A DNA stretch of 49,315 nt, filler included, from Jimgerdemannia flammicorona (GCA_003990765.1; 2 parts of 2 records of this genome joined end to end with filler, not necessarily neighbours in it), one strand, 5' to 3'; counted from the whole stretch's first letter, positions 1-12,460 are shown. Translations and numbers: made by a program. Notes: a model not told the origin generated them from the letters alone.

Positions 1-1170
1 TTTTTAAAGACTCAAGTCTTGCAGATTTTATTGAAAGAGAATCTAGACTATATAGGCCAAAACCCTCCCCCACCTCTATACTGAGTACTATATCTCTATT
101 AAATCTAGACTAGCTATTATCTAGTAGCTCAACTATATCAGATACAATAGAGCTTATATTAGCCTCATTCTATATACTATACTCTCTCTACTACTAGAAA
201 GAAAGTGACTATATATTTATGATTAAAGACATATATCTGAAATCTCAAAATATGTATAAGACTATATCTAAGCTAAATAGAATAGCTCCTATTATTTCAA
301 ATAGTGTAACAGGTAAAGAAAAACTCTCTAAGAAATATATAATAATGGGTAGAGCCTGATTCTTCCTAATGAGGTGAGTAGAGAACTTATATATGAAATG
401 AGAAGAGATCTCCAATATTTCACTACTTAAGTCTATAGGCCTCAATCATATTGCTATATATATCAGCTCTCAGTTCTAGTTAAGTAGAGTTAAGATATCT
501 GATCTAAATAGCCTCAGGTCCTTCAATAACTCTCAAATAACTGAGACCCAACTCTACATATTGCTAAGAGCTACTGAGAGTGATATCTATCACTTAACTA
601 CTCTATATCAATTAGAAGATCTCACTGATATAGTACTTACTCTAGCTCTGATGACTATTATTGGCCTAGTACTCTATTAGTTCACCATAATCACCTATCC
701 TCCTATCTATAATAACCATCTTCTCTCTCATCTTAACTCTATCTGAAAAACAGTTATTTATACCAGAACTGTACTTATCAGAAAGCTTACCAAAGCTTAG
801 AGGGCTCTACTACAGATACTGAAGACCTGTAGATAATCTATACTAGCACTTGATGTCTAATATCAGCTGACTCTCTATATAGCTAATGATATACTAAGAC
901 AATATCTTATTAGTAATCATAAAATAAAGAAGGCACTGCACTAAAATGAGTATACTCCAGATATAGTCAGAGGTATTAGAAACTGTAAAAAAGTAGAGAA
1001 AGTACTAATTCAATACTAATAAAGGGACAATTCATCACCATTATCTCTCTCTCACTGCTCTGTAAAAGATATAGTAAATAAATCTGAAATAGAGAGTATA
1101 TAAGTTGTAGAAAGGAGACTTGAAAAGTTATCTACCAAAATCTTATAACTAGTATAATAGTATTGAAAGA
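1..1170 (-). mobile_element. Heavily transition-mutated 3' fragment of a non-LTR (LINE-like) retrotransposon; the contig breaks at its poly(A) tail
   Basis: Colinear with the reverse complement of 48150-49315, including a 32-bp exact match 43-74 vs 49237-49268. AATAAA on the minus strand at 27-32, then an A-run at the contig end. Almost no CpG. Confidence 0.7.
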
Positions 1171-3726
1171 AGCACTATTCAAGATCCCTTTAGTTACTTC
1201 TTCTGTTGTCATATTCTGAGATATAGTATCTAAGCTATTCATAGTTATAGTATTAAACTTAAGTCTTATCTTAGGATGAGTAACTTCTGTTTTTGTAGAT
1301 TTGGTAGTTCTAGTTTTCTCTTGATAAATAGCTTTAGTTTTTTTTATAAATAGCTAATTTTTATATATAGTGAGTTTTTCTATCTATCTCACTACTTTAA
1401 GCTGAGATCTTAGATCTTATTTTTATTTTTCTTTCATTCTCTTATAGGCTCTCTTTCTTTTGAATTTCTTTGAAAAATTTCTTAAAAGGTCTTGACCAAA
1501 AGATCTTCTTTATCTTTCTTCTTACTACTATCAATCTAGATGATTTTTTGTTTGATATCAAAATATTCTTAAGTAGTATTTATTTATTTTTCAGACTTTT
1601 TGATATTAAGTATATAGATATACTGAGAAATATTGAGAGGAATCTTATTCATAAAGGTCATTAGATTGATAATATCTTAATTAGTAATACTGAATCTAAT
1701 AGCATATATTCTCTTCTGAATTCTTATAAAGAATATCTATAAGAACTCTCTAAGATTTATTTTCATACTCATGATAGATTTTTGGACTTTGTAGTAGATT
1801 TCAGTTTCTGTATACTTCTCAATTAGCTAGTAAGAGATAGTCTCATATTGGTCTATATAGAAGTTTGCAGTAACTAGGACTTATTTTAGATCAGAGTTCA
1901 AGTCATTTGATCTGGTAAAGATTTCTTTAGCTGGTTCTCTTAGCTGAACTTTGAAGATAGTAATTTGTCTTTAGAGTAAGAGATCTTTTAGAGCTATAAT
2001 TTTTTCAATAGTATTCAAGAATTCTATTAGATCTTCCTTTAGATATTATGTAAATATAGATAGTAGTAGTGCTCTCAATGAATTGAATTGAATTAAATTG
2101 AGGTCCAATTTGATTTGATTTGAATTAAATCAAGGTCTAATTCAATTCAAATTTCAATTTGAACCTAAATTTTTAAAATTCAATAACTTGATGGAAAAAT
2201 GTTCAAATTTAATAATCTTTGTTGTACTGAATTTGCCATATCAAGATGAATCGAATAAGCTAAAATTTATCAAATTTGGATATATTTTTGTCAAGTTATT
2301 GTATTTCAAAGTTTGACTTTCAATTTTGAATCAAATCAGACCTCAATTTGATTTGAATGATTTGAATTGAATTCTAATTCAATTTAAACTCAATTTAATT
2401 TGAACTCAATTCAAATTAAAAAATCCCCAATTTGATTTGATTCAAATTACTCTCAATTTAATTCAATTTGAATTGATTTGATTTATTTGAGAGTACTAGA
2501 TAATAGTACTATTATTTTATTATTACTATTTTCTAATTCTTTCTTAGTTTCTGAATCTGTTTCTCTATCTATACTGATCTTAGCTAAATTGCTGAGAGTT
2601 GAAGGATAGATACTTGGTCTTTGAAATATCAATATAATTCTTAGCATCTTTGAAGGTTTAGGGTTTTGAGATATTACTGATTTAGGTAGAGGTTAAATTA
2701 GTAGAACTTTTAGAGAAAATTGAGCAATATGATTCTTGAGTTTTTGTATAAGTTTATCAAAATTTTGGACAAGATTGTCAGTATTATTTAGTTGATATAA
2801 TTGGGTCAGATCTCTTGGCAATATATTGGCTACTTTCTCTAATATTTTTATAAGTTGTAGACTTAGAGATCAGGTTAGTGATAGAGAGTTCTATATAGTA
2901 CTGACTTTCTCTTATAATTCTTCTAATAGTGGGTAGTTAGCTAGTCTTGAAGCAATTACTTCTCTTTCTGTCTAAATACTGTTGATGATTTATTCTTTTG
3001 TAGTAATAGAAATTAGTACTGTGTCAAATGTATACAGTTTGTTTATTGGATTCTATAGGCTGAAAAGTCATATAGATTTTGAAAATCTTCCTAGTTAAGT
3101 CTCCAAATATAATATGCTAGCTCAATTGAGATAAATTATAGATGGGACAGCTATATTAATAGGCTTGAACCCCTAGTTACTTGTTAAAAAGTAATAAAAT
3201 ATTCAATAGTTTATCTTAGATTGATCTCAGAATTATTATAGATAGATAGAGTTCTATTTTTAGAACTTAGCAATAATCTTCTAGCTTAATTTAATAAGTG
3301 AAACAAATGTAAAATAACTAAAAATAGACTTAACTTACTTTTGACAAAAAGACTAGAGTGAAATTAGAAAGTAGCTCACAATTTCCTTAATAGTGACTTT
3401 AGAGTGAGTGTTTCTCCTAAGCATTGCAATCCTTTCTCTAGATCAAATAGCTTTTGGCAGATATATCTCTAGGCAGACTTGTCTTTTGTTTTTAACTTAG
3501 ATTTCAAACTGAGATTTATTCACTCAAATCTCTGGGGTATTTTATATAAGTGTGGTTGCTATCTGGTTTCTATCTGAATAATTATAGGATGCAAGTAAGG
3601 CTAATTTAGGATTGGTACATCTGGTTAGTTATACAAATTGATGGTGCATGTGGGTAACTATGTGAGGTAACTATGCTAAGTGGTCTTGTACATCATCTGG
3701 CTATACTATATCGTTCGCTTGTCACA
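1171..3726 (-). mobile_element. Degenerate LTR retrotransposon relic (5' LTR and gag), truncated by the LINE fragment
   Basis: Minus strand 1252-1211 reads YYNYE*LRYYISEY, which reverts by transitions alone to a gag CCHC knuckle CYNCEQLGHYISEC. The AT-rich block ends abruptly at ...TGTCACA (3726), i.e. TGTGACA on minus, the same terminus as the gypsy LTR at 24943. Confidence 0.65.
2067..2498. mobile_element. Non-autonomous hAT-like MITE nested in the LTR relic
   Basis: TIRs TAGTGCTCTCAA (2067-2078) and TTGAGAGTACTA (2487-2498) with one transition mismatch. 8-bp flanking duplication GATAGTAG (2059-2066) / GATAATAG (2499-2506). Subterminal AATTG/ATTTG pentamer arrays in opposite orientation. 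Confidence 0.75.
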
Positions 3727-4424
3727 GTATATACAGCATCACAAGGTACCTTTGTCCAGCTGGGAAAATAACCTTGTTTGCACTAGCGCGCTTCTTGTCT
3801 GAATCCGCAGAATTCACTCGTTTTTAGTCCGAAGAACCGAAAGCTGGAATATGATCTTTATTGTCTTCCCAACAGCCCTAGTTATACAACGTTTGTTACT
3901 AATACTATGGTCCACACAGGGGTGCCACATAACCCTTGGGAAAGGCGTCAAGGATACGGATAGAACCGTTCGGCTTGCGTGACTCGAGTGTTATCGGCGT
4001 CATCCAAATTCTGGTTGCAACTTTTCCAGAATTCACTTTCACGTTTCTAATTATAACCCCTTGCCACGTTTCCTGCCACGTTTCTAGCCCCCTGCCACGT
4101 TTCTAGTGGAATCTCATAACAAACAACCCCTACATGTTAATACTATAACCCACGTAAATAAGAACCATAGAGCTTACGTAGTATTTCGTGGCATTGTAAG
4201 GAATGTAAGGGCCTCGCGCAATGGGCAGTCGGAAATGGCGCCATCGTTCTACAACCCAAGGTTTAACATGGCCCAGATGGTGAATGTAGCAGTTCCTCCC
4301 CTTCGTACCACATTTTCCCTTTCATACCGCGCAATTTTTTTTTTCCCTTTCGTATCGTGTTTTTGCGTACCGTCATCGCCTTGGGTCCATCACCGTCAGG
4401 TTTTGTATGCCTATGTCTTGTTTG

Positions 4425-4695
4425 TTTGCAGTGGCTGCTTCGGCGTCCATCTGTATGCGTGTTGGTTTTGCAGTGGCTGCTTCGGCCTCCATCTGTACAC
4501 GTGTTGGTGTTGCAGTGGTTGCTTCGGCCACTATCTATATGTTGCGTTGCCGGCCTACGCGTGTTAGTGATATAGTGGTTGCTTCGGCCCATTGCGTAGT
4601 GGTTGCTTCGGCCCATTGCGCAGTGGTTGCTTCGGCCCCATTTCACGCAGGTAGCGGCTTCGGCCTCCATCTGTATGTGTGACAGTGGTTGCCTC
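4425..4695. repeat. Mixed 42-bp/24-bp tandem array with core CAGTGG(C/T)TGCTTCGGC
   Basis: Core recurs about 7-8 times. Unit lengths are multiples of 3. One minus frame reads YRWRPKQPLQNQHA-YRWTPKQPL and NGPKQPLR repeats. Confidence 0.85.
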
Positions 4696-5582
4696 AGTCC
4701 ACTGTTGGTCTCCATCTGTTGTATAAAAGCTTACTGTACAGTGGTGGTTTAGGCTTCCATATGTAAATTAAAATGTTGGTTTTGCAGTGGTTGCGTGGGC
4801 AACTTCTTTGTCGCGTTGCACATAGATGAAAGGTGTGTGAGGAATCAACCAGAAAAGGTAAGCTGCACTCTCTCCAAATCAGTACTTTAATACTCTTCCT
4901 GATATCCTCACATCTCTCCAAACCTAGTAATCTTCGGGCAGCACAACCTTTCTAGTCTACTTCGACTCCCAGCGCTCTCGTCGTGAGCAGTGAACGCTTC
5001 ACGAACATGGTCTTTGGACGCCTTCATGGTGCTGGCCAAAAAGATCGTGTCGGAGAAAAAAGATGATCCCGTAGCCATGGTAGTGTTGAGGATGTAATCG
5101 TTGTTGTGAGGGTTGAGTGATAAAGTTTAGGAAACATGCTGGCCAAAAAAACCGTATATTTATCATCCCCTGAATACCATCCACGTCTGTCCACTCTTGC
5201 GAACTTTCATACTGCACTGACTTCTAGATTGTCTCACACGGCATAAGATCTCTGCCTCGGAGGTGGTGCCGTGGTAACAAATATGAAGGGATATGTAAAG
5301 AGATGATATCGGACAATGGCAAAGTTTGAATGCTGTAAATTGGTTACGGAGGGTGGCGCAGGACACTTGTCGCAGGATGGGAACACTGGTATTGTATTGT
5401 TAGAAAATGTAAATAAATTTGGGAGGACGGTCAGTGCGTGTATGGTTGTTATGCATTTACCTCATCATTATGCTTATCCCCTCAAAATGATGTAATATTT
5501 GCATAGCCACGATCACTGTTACGCTGATTTTTTACTCTCGGTGAGCGCAACATCGTAGCCCCGGGAAGGATGGACTCAAAGC

Positions 5583-6140
5583 ATGCGCGTCGTCAAGAGC
5601 AGTACAGACTCCCGTCATCAAAATCGTGGTCTATCTGTTGAGGGAGAGAGGGGGCGAGCGAGGTGGTCGTGGTTGAAGGTATGTGTATGGTTAGCCATTT
5701 TAATTGGTTCGAGTGGTGACACCGTAATCTTCTGTGCGATAATTATCACCAGAACCGAGCCACAAGCGAGAGTATATACTGGAGACACGGGAGTACATGC
5801 CACAGGGGTGCGATTGTTCACCTCTCTCGTGATCCTGCCACAGGACTATATCGTAGATGGGGAAAACATGATGCTCATCTCCGGCCTCTTTCCGGAACTC
5901 ACATACGTCAACGCCATGTGCACCCACTTTGAGTACGAGTGCACCACCCACAGATGCATCGATAGAAACGGGTGTGACAGGTGGTTGCAGGCGGCCACGG
6001 TAGTTTGGTCGGAATCCGGGTCCGATTCCAGGACCGAGATCTCAGAGTCCGGCGCCGAGGCCAACAGGACGGACATGAGTTTGGGTATTAAAGAAGACAT
6101 TGGCCGGTGCCATTCGTCTGTAGTCAGAATCCGGAACTGA
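5583..6140 (+). pseudogene. Possible coding remnant of unknown function at the edge of cassette copy 1
   Basis: 185-aa ORF with C-ending codon bias around 5820-5960. Its 3' part is homologous to 9300-9480 and (inverted) 13310-13500. Coding strand not certain. Confidence 0.25.
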
Positions 6141-6489
6141 ATCAGGCCTTACCGCGCACTTGCCCCCTGTTAGGTCATCTTTTCGTTATTTTCAATTACC
6201 ACCGTCGCGACGATCTCTGCGCGGCTATCGTTCCAACATTGTTTTGACATTCTTCACTATCAACCATTGATGTTTCCCTTTAATTGTTTTACCTTTGAAT
6301 ATTGCCGCGGCTCGGTTTTTCGTTTGGCTATCTAATATTCATAAAGGACTCCACTCATTCCGCTATTTTGCTGTTGCACCAAAACCTTTTTCTCTTAATA
6401 CCATATCGTTTTCAACTTCAAGACAACTCGATCAACGCTATCACGGAAACACCAAAGGCCAGGTTAAAACTTAATATCCGTTGGAGCAA

Positions 6490-6660
6490 TGGAGGGAAAT
6501 CGAAGCTGTAGCCGCCGTCAAGGAAGCAAGCGAAATCAAGTCATTGTCGTCTCTTAATAGTTATTCCCCTCTCGCTCACTCTCAAACTTATAGTCAATAT
6601 TGATCTTACTTATCGAGCAGTGGAACTGGATGCGCGAAGAGCCCTTGCTTCAGTACACTC
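6490..6660 (+). pseudogene. Crinkler-like (ubiquitin-fold) N-terminal domain remnant, cassette copy 1
   Basis: Reads EIEAVAAVKEASEIKSLSSLNSYSP..ELDA, frameshifted; homologous to copies at 9690-9845 and 12930-13100. Confidence 0.4.
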
Positions 6661-7001
6661 ATTGAATGGGTCAGCAAAAAGAAAAACAGAACAATAAACT
6701 TGTGTATATTTTGTTCGCGCTTTCTTACGGTGATAATGTCATTTTCTTTGCATATCATTCAAATTATGGAGATACGGATAAAATCAGAAATAATATAATA
6801 TATCAACCATATAAGAACATGAGTGAACAATTAAGCAATAATATGAATATGCAATCGAGGAACAATTCGGAATGAAGAGGTTATAAATTGTATACAATAA
6901 CTTTTTTATTAACATTAACATCTCTCTCAACCGTGACAACGCAGCCCTCCCTCTTTTCGTCAAATGCTCCACATGAAGTCCGTCAGGCACAATTTTCTGA
7001 G

Positions 7002-7844
7002 TCACCAATCAGGTTGTAGAATAGGCGGCCATACATACTTGATGTCCGTCAGGTACGGGCACAATTTTCTAAGCGCATCGGTTATTTCTGTGACGCGACG
7101 ATGTGTATCATAGCGGTAGTACTGAAAACTCCTTAGTTCCGGCCAGGAGGAGAACAAGGAGAACAGGTCGTCTTCCTCAACGGACCTGACGGTCAGCACG
7201 CGAAGCTGAGTGCAGAGGCGCAGCGCGGAGATCATAGCCCCATCGAGAGATATGGAACGGAGGGAAAGTTCGCTTAGGGTGGTAGAGTGAGAGGAGATGA
7301 AACTGGCAACGGAGCGAAGGTTGTCGGAGCCATGTATTTTGAGTGAGGTGATTGGTAAGGGGGTGATGTTTTTGATGCGATCAAAGAAGGCATTAATGGC
7401 CTTGTTGGGGATACACGACGACCCCGACTCCAGTCGGATGTTGAGCTTGGAGAGGTTAGGTGGGCAGAGGGCCAGGATGGTCACATAGCCTTCGAGTCCT
7501 TGCTTGGGAAACCCAGGGGTAAGCCGAATCTCCATTCTCTCTATCAAGGTATGGTAGTGGAGTCCATATTTATGAGCTTCCTTGAGTAGCTCGGCCATCC
7601 GCCTGATGTAGGTAGCCGTTGTCGCGCCATGGTGAAACAGATGGAAGAAGGTGTTTTCGGCAAGCCGCTGGCGGGCCTCGGCATTCCAAATTGTGCAGAC
7701 CAAGGAGCAGGCAAACAGGTCGAGGAATGAATCAGATACGTCTGGGATATGGCAGATCACCTCGCGTACCAGTTCGGGTGGCAAACGGGGATATTCACGG
7801 TTGAGTGGCAAAGGTTGTTTAGTTTCGCAGGGGATGGAAGACAT
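7002..7844 (-). CDS. F-box/RNI-like leucine-rich repeat protein, copy 1 (280 aa from MSSIPCE; intronless)
   Basis: F-box motif LPPELVREVICHI...DLFACSLVCTIWNAEARQRL, then LRR-like segments (CPPNLSKLNI, LSELSL, CTQLRVLTV, WPELRSF, CPYLTDI). The ATG at 7844 is shared with paralogue 2. Confidence 0.85.
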   Translation of the reverse strand: MSSIPCETKQPLPLNREYPRLPPELVREVICHIPDVSDSFLDLFACSLVCTIWNAEARQRLAENTFFHLFHHGATTATYIRRMAELLKEAHKYGLHYHTLIERMEIRLTPGFPKQGLEGYVTILALCPPNLSKLNIRLESGSSCIPNKAINAFFDRIKNITPLPITSLKIHGSDNLRSVASFISSHSTTLSELSLRSISLDGAMISALRLCTQLRVLTVRSVEEDDLFSLFSSWPELRSFQYYRYDTHRRVTEITDALRKLCPYLTDIKYVWPPILQPDW

Positions 7845-9689
7845 TATCAAAAGATAGAGAATGGAGAAATCGTTGTTGCCGTCATTTTGGCATTTCGGGC
7901 ACTGCGCCGCACTACGGCTTAGACGCTGTGACGTTCCACCAGAAATTTGTGAAGCGTAGTTCTCTTTATTATCTTCACAACCTATCCTATTTGGAAGGTT
8001 CTCAAGGATACACACAGAACCGTAGCGATTTCTAAGGACCCGGGCTTAGACGCTGTGACGTTCTACCAGAACTTTGTCGGCATTTTTGGCCCGGGAACTG
8101 CACCGCACTAGGGCATATATGCCGTTTTTTGGGTGCAACGTTCCACCAGAAATTTGTCTAACAAATAAAGGGACGGTCTCTGTAGCCAGAAAAAGTCGGA
8201 TCCATCGCGATCCTTTTGCTAGTAAATCCCTTAAGTGAAGCGTTGCGGTGCACAGATCATTCTGATAACGCGCTTGCCTGAATGACCAGAATTCCGATAG
8301 TTCAAAATCTGCCCTTTATTATCTTCGCAACTTATCCTATTCGTGCAACTTTTATCTGACTAATAATGCCTTAACCCAAGTAAGGGTTCCGCGTAAGGGT
8401 CTCGAGGATGCGTATATACCCGTTCAGCTTTCGCGAGCGATCTCTAATGACCCTCGTGCCATCGTTCCACAATCTTGATTGGGAATAAAACACGTGCCTT
8501 ATATATACCAACATCAACACCAAACCCATGGAGTATCAGGTATACTAAGAGAACCCCCCGCGTTTGCTGCTTGATATTTTCCAATATTGCCAATTTTCCG
8601 AGCAATGTCATGTGGCCATGGGTCAAGTTGGAATGTGTGGTGGATTTTGATCTTGCCGGCATCGCCATTTCGCAAACTTAGGCATTATCTTATGGAATAA
8701 AATGTTGGATCCAGAAAAGGCTCGTCATATCTGTTCGCGTTATGTTGGCATGGCCATGTGTTTTGCCGAAATTTGTACATAGCATTGCATATCGGAATAC
8801 GTAAGCTGACGCCTAATCGCAGTGCCATTCGGGTTCGACAATCGTAAAATTTACTTTGAGTTCACGAGGTGATTCTGTCGTTAATCGCAACCATTATTAA
8901 TGTTTAACTATTGAGTTAATGATTGATACATCCATTTGTGCTAGAAGCAATTCAAATTTAATTTTAAATTTTGTAAGGACGGAAACAGCATCAAGTGTCA
9001 AGATCATTATCTGTCAGCAGAAGGACAAAACGGCTCTCGCTAGCTTGCAGCTCGCCTGCCTCGATGTGGTCTGCTCTACGGTATCGCGATCTAGCTTTGA
9101 GGATGTCGCGGGGCGCAGCGGCAGGCTTCTATGGAACGAGGAGGCCGCAGCAGAGGTGTATTGTGAATCGTTGGCTTGAATGATATGCGGCTGACTGGAT
9201 TAACAAGTGAGTTGGATTTCCGGGGTCGTGCGGGACGTGGCTCGCTGGTAGAAGTTCGGGCAGAGGTTTGTCAATTCGGCCCGAAGTTCTGGATGCACCT
9301 CTCAAACCGTAGACATGCGATACTGCCAGGCTCCAGATACGAAGTTGGAGTTCTGTCCTTGAAGAAGACAGATTGGGCGGTGTCGCTGGTCTGTATCCAG
9401 AGACCAGAACCGATTGCGCGGTTTCCCGTTAGTTCATCCTTGCGTCACGTTTTGATACTACTGCCATTGTGACGTTCTCTGCGTTACTACTCTCCCCTTC
9501 ATTCTGTTTTACCTATTTTTAACACTCGTCTCTATCTGCCATTACCATTTCACAGCTCTTGCTTCATATCCTCTTTTGATGTTGTTCCCTTTGAATATTG
9601 CCGCGGTTCTGTGTTATCTTCGACCTATCTTTTATTCAGTGAAAAATTCCCCTCATTTTGCCATTGTTCTGTTGCGCCAACAGTCTTTT

Positions 9690-9845
9690 GAATATATAAC
9701 CGACCTCAAGGAAACAATAAAAATCAGGTCATTACCGCCTTTTAATGGTTGCCCCACTCCCCAGCTCACTTTGAAGTTCATAAAGAATATTGACATGCCG
9801 AGTGTTGGAAACTAGATGCACGAAGAGATATTGCTTCAGTTCTCC
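9690..9845 (+). pseudogene. Crinkler-like N-terminal domain remnant, cassette copy 2
   Basis: ITDLKETIKIRSLPPFNGCPTPQLTLKFIK resembles the CRN N-terminal DLKxxIK...LTLxxV pattern; short and disrupted. Confidence 0.5.
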
Positions 9846-10370
9846 GGTAATATCTGAGAATATAGACCTGTTTTTTAACGCTTCTTGTAAGTGACCTGCA
9901 ACACATCTACATACATACTCATTGAATGGTGAGCATAGAAAAATTGTATATATTTTTTGTTTATACTCATTATTATCATTATTATTTATATAATGGTAAT
10001 ATGTCAGTTTCTTTAATGCATATATTTAATTTTATGAAGAAACGGATACAATCATAAAAATAATACAATCATGTTAATAGTGAAAGTGCAGGAGTGAACT
10101 TTAACTAATAATATAAATATGTGAGCAAGAATCAAGTCAGAAAGGAGAGCATGTAGATTCTACAGTCAATTTTCATTAACAGTAATATATCACTCAGCAG
10201 TTAGGATGCAGCCCACCCTCTTCTCCAAACAGCATCTCAACAATCAATCAAACTAATGCCATCTTCCTCCAAAACCCTCGCTGCCGATGCCTCCAATAGC
10301 CCATCTCGTCTTAGAAATAGCAATTAAACCTAACCATTTTGTATTCTGCTATTTCGACTCTCCGACTTCC

Positions 10371-11231
10371 CTAGTAAACGTTGATGGTAATGCCGCCGAG
10401 CGAGCGGCCATACTTGAAGTCCGTTATGTGCGGACACCATTTTCTCAGCTCGTCGGCGATGTCCGTTGCGCTACAAGGTTTTCCAATGTAGCCATACCGG
10501 AAACTCCTTAGCTCCGGCCAGGAGGAGAAAAGGGAGAACAGTTCAACTCCATTGATGCACTCGAGGTCCAGCTCGCGTAGCTGAGTACAGAGGCGCAGCG
10601 CAGAGGCCATGGGCCCGTCGAGACACATGGAACGGAGGAAAAGCCTCCTTAGGGTGGCGGAGTGAGAGGAGATGAAACTAGCGATGTAGTGGACGTTGTC
10701 GGAGCCAAAAAATTGGAGGGTGGTGATCGTCGGTAGAGTGAGGTTTTTGATGTGGTCGAAGAAGGCATCAATGTTCTTGTTGGAGGAACCCGATTTGCTA
10801 CCCTGATGGATGGCGAGCGTGGAAAGGTATGGTGGGCATAGGGACAGGATGGTCGCATAGCCTTCGAGAGTTTGATGGAATTGGGGTTCGGGTAAGCAAG
10901 GGGTGGGGAGGTAAATCGACATGTACTTTATCAACGTATGGTAGTGGAGTCCATATTTGTGAGCTTCCTTGAGCAGCTCGGCCATTCGCTTGATGTCGAT
11001 TCTCGTCGGCGCGCAAATGAAAAACAGATGAGAGAAGTGGAATTCGTCGAGCCGCTGGTGGGCTTCGTCATTCCAGGTTGTGCAGACCAAGGAGCTGGCA
11101 AACAGGTCGAGGAAAGAATCGGATAGGCCGCACCAGTTTTCGTCAATTTTTGCGGCGACATGGCAGATCACCTCGCGTACCAGTTCAGGTGGCAAACGAA
11201 GCAGTTTGGTTTCGCAGGGTGTGGAAGACAT
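10371..11231 (-). CDS. F-box/RNI-like LRR protein, copy 2 (286 aa from MSSTPCE; intronless)
   Basis: LPPELVREVICHV, DLFASSLVCTTWN, and blocks shared with copy 1 (MAELLKEAHKYGLHYHTLI, ALRLCTQLR, LFSLFSSWPELRSF). Confidence 0.85.
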   Translation of the reverse strand: MSSTPCETKLLRLPPELVREVICHVAAKIDENWCGLSDSFLDLFASSLVCTTWNDEAHQRLDEFHFSHLFFICAPTRIDIKRMAELLKEAHKYGLHYHTLIKYMSIYLPTPCLPEPQFHQTLEGYATILSLCPPYLSTLAIHQGSKSGSSNKNIDAFFDHIKNLTLPTITTLQFFGSDNVHYIASFISSHSATLRRLFLRSMCLDGPMASALRLCTQLRELDLECINGVELFSLFSSWPELRSFRYGYIGKPCSATDIADELRKWCPHITDFKYGRSLGGITINVY

Positions 11232-11637
11232 TATCAAAAGCCAGAGAAGGAAGAAATCGTTGGGGCGGGACTGTGCGGAACTGCGGTAATTTGGCTGTGG
11301 CATTCCACCTAATAAATAAATGACATTTTGGCTGTGATGTTCCACCAGAAATTTAATAAAAATCACCACGTACATGTCGGGCCTCGTTCCGAAACGCCCG
11401 GTTCCACGAGCGAAAATGACAGTCACCGGATTGCGAACCTTCTTGGAATGGGAGGGGCCGTTTTATTTTCCTGCGCTATCAGAATAATCTGGGAATACTG
11501 GATCATTTTTCAGGGTTGATATGTTGCACAACGACACTTCCTTAAGGGATTTGCTAGCAAAAGGGTCGCGATGGCCCCGCCACGGGCCGTCCCTTTATTT
11601 GTTTGCGATAAATTTCACCAGTGCGGCCTAGCCCAAA

Positions 11638-12460
11638 ATGGCAAACCGATTTCTCCCTCCGTCTGAAATCAACCAACCTCCCTGTTTGCCACCCGAACTG
11701 GTATGCGAGGTGATCTGCCATGTCTCGAAACGGTACACCAACCATTGCGGTGGCGTATCTGATTTATTTCTCGACCTGTTTGCCTGCTCCTTGGTCTGCC
11801 AGCGGCTCACCGAATGCAACTTCTCCCGTCTGTTTTACGATGCAACGGCACCGACAACCGACATCAGGCGGACGGCTGAGCTGCTCAAGGAAGCTCACAA
11901 ATATGGACCTCACCACCATACCTTGATAAAGGGCATGGGGATTTATATCAACCCTCCGCATCCCGAACCCGAAATCCAGCTAGCACTCGAAGGCTATGCG
12001 ACCATCCTGGCCCTCTGCCCACCTAACCTCTCCAAGCTCAATATCCGACTGGTGATGGGGTCGTCCAACAAAAACATTAAAAGCCTTACCCCCCATCGAT
12101 GACCACACTCGAATTACATGGCTCCACAAGCCCAAAGTTATCGGCATCTTCATATCTCATTCTGTCGCCAGCTTCACCTCCTATCACTTTGCCACCCTAA
12201 GGAGGCTTTTCCTCTTCTCCCTATGTCTCAACGAGCCCATAACATCCGCGCTGCGCCTCTGCACTCATATACGCATGCTGCGTGCTAAATACGTCGAGGA
12301 AGGTATACTGTTGCCCCTGTTCTCCTCCTGGCCGGAGTTAAGGAGTTTCAGGTATAATTCATTGTGGTGCCAGAGAGATCCCCGATGAAGCCAGAGACAT
12401 CGAGAAAATTGTGCCCACACATGACGGACTTCCAGTATGACTATTGGGAGAGGGAGCATA
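11638..12460 (+). pseudogene. F-box/LRR copy 3, inverted, with deletions and frameshifts
   Basis: LPPELVCEVICHV and AELLKEAHKYG present. The segment equivalent to TTWNDEAH is missing, the frame ends at 12102, and LFSSWPELRSF and RKLCPHMTDF lie in other frames downstream. Confidence 0.8.

Noticed and set aside
4425..4695. CRISPR-like repeat/spacer array
   Set aside because: Eukaryotic context, no cas genes, and the inter-repeat segments are homologous to each other and of codon-multiple length.
7845..8015. N-terminal extensions of the F-box ORFs in the ORF track (also 11232-11426)
   Set aside because: They use non-ATG starts, and protein similarity between paralogues is confined to the few codons before the shared MSS ATG, so these are probably UTR/promoter.
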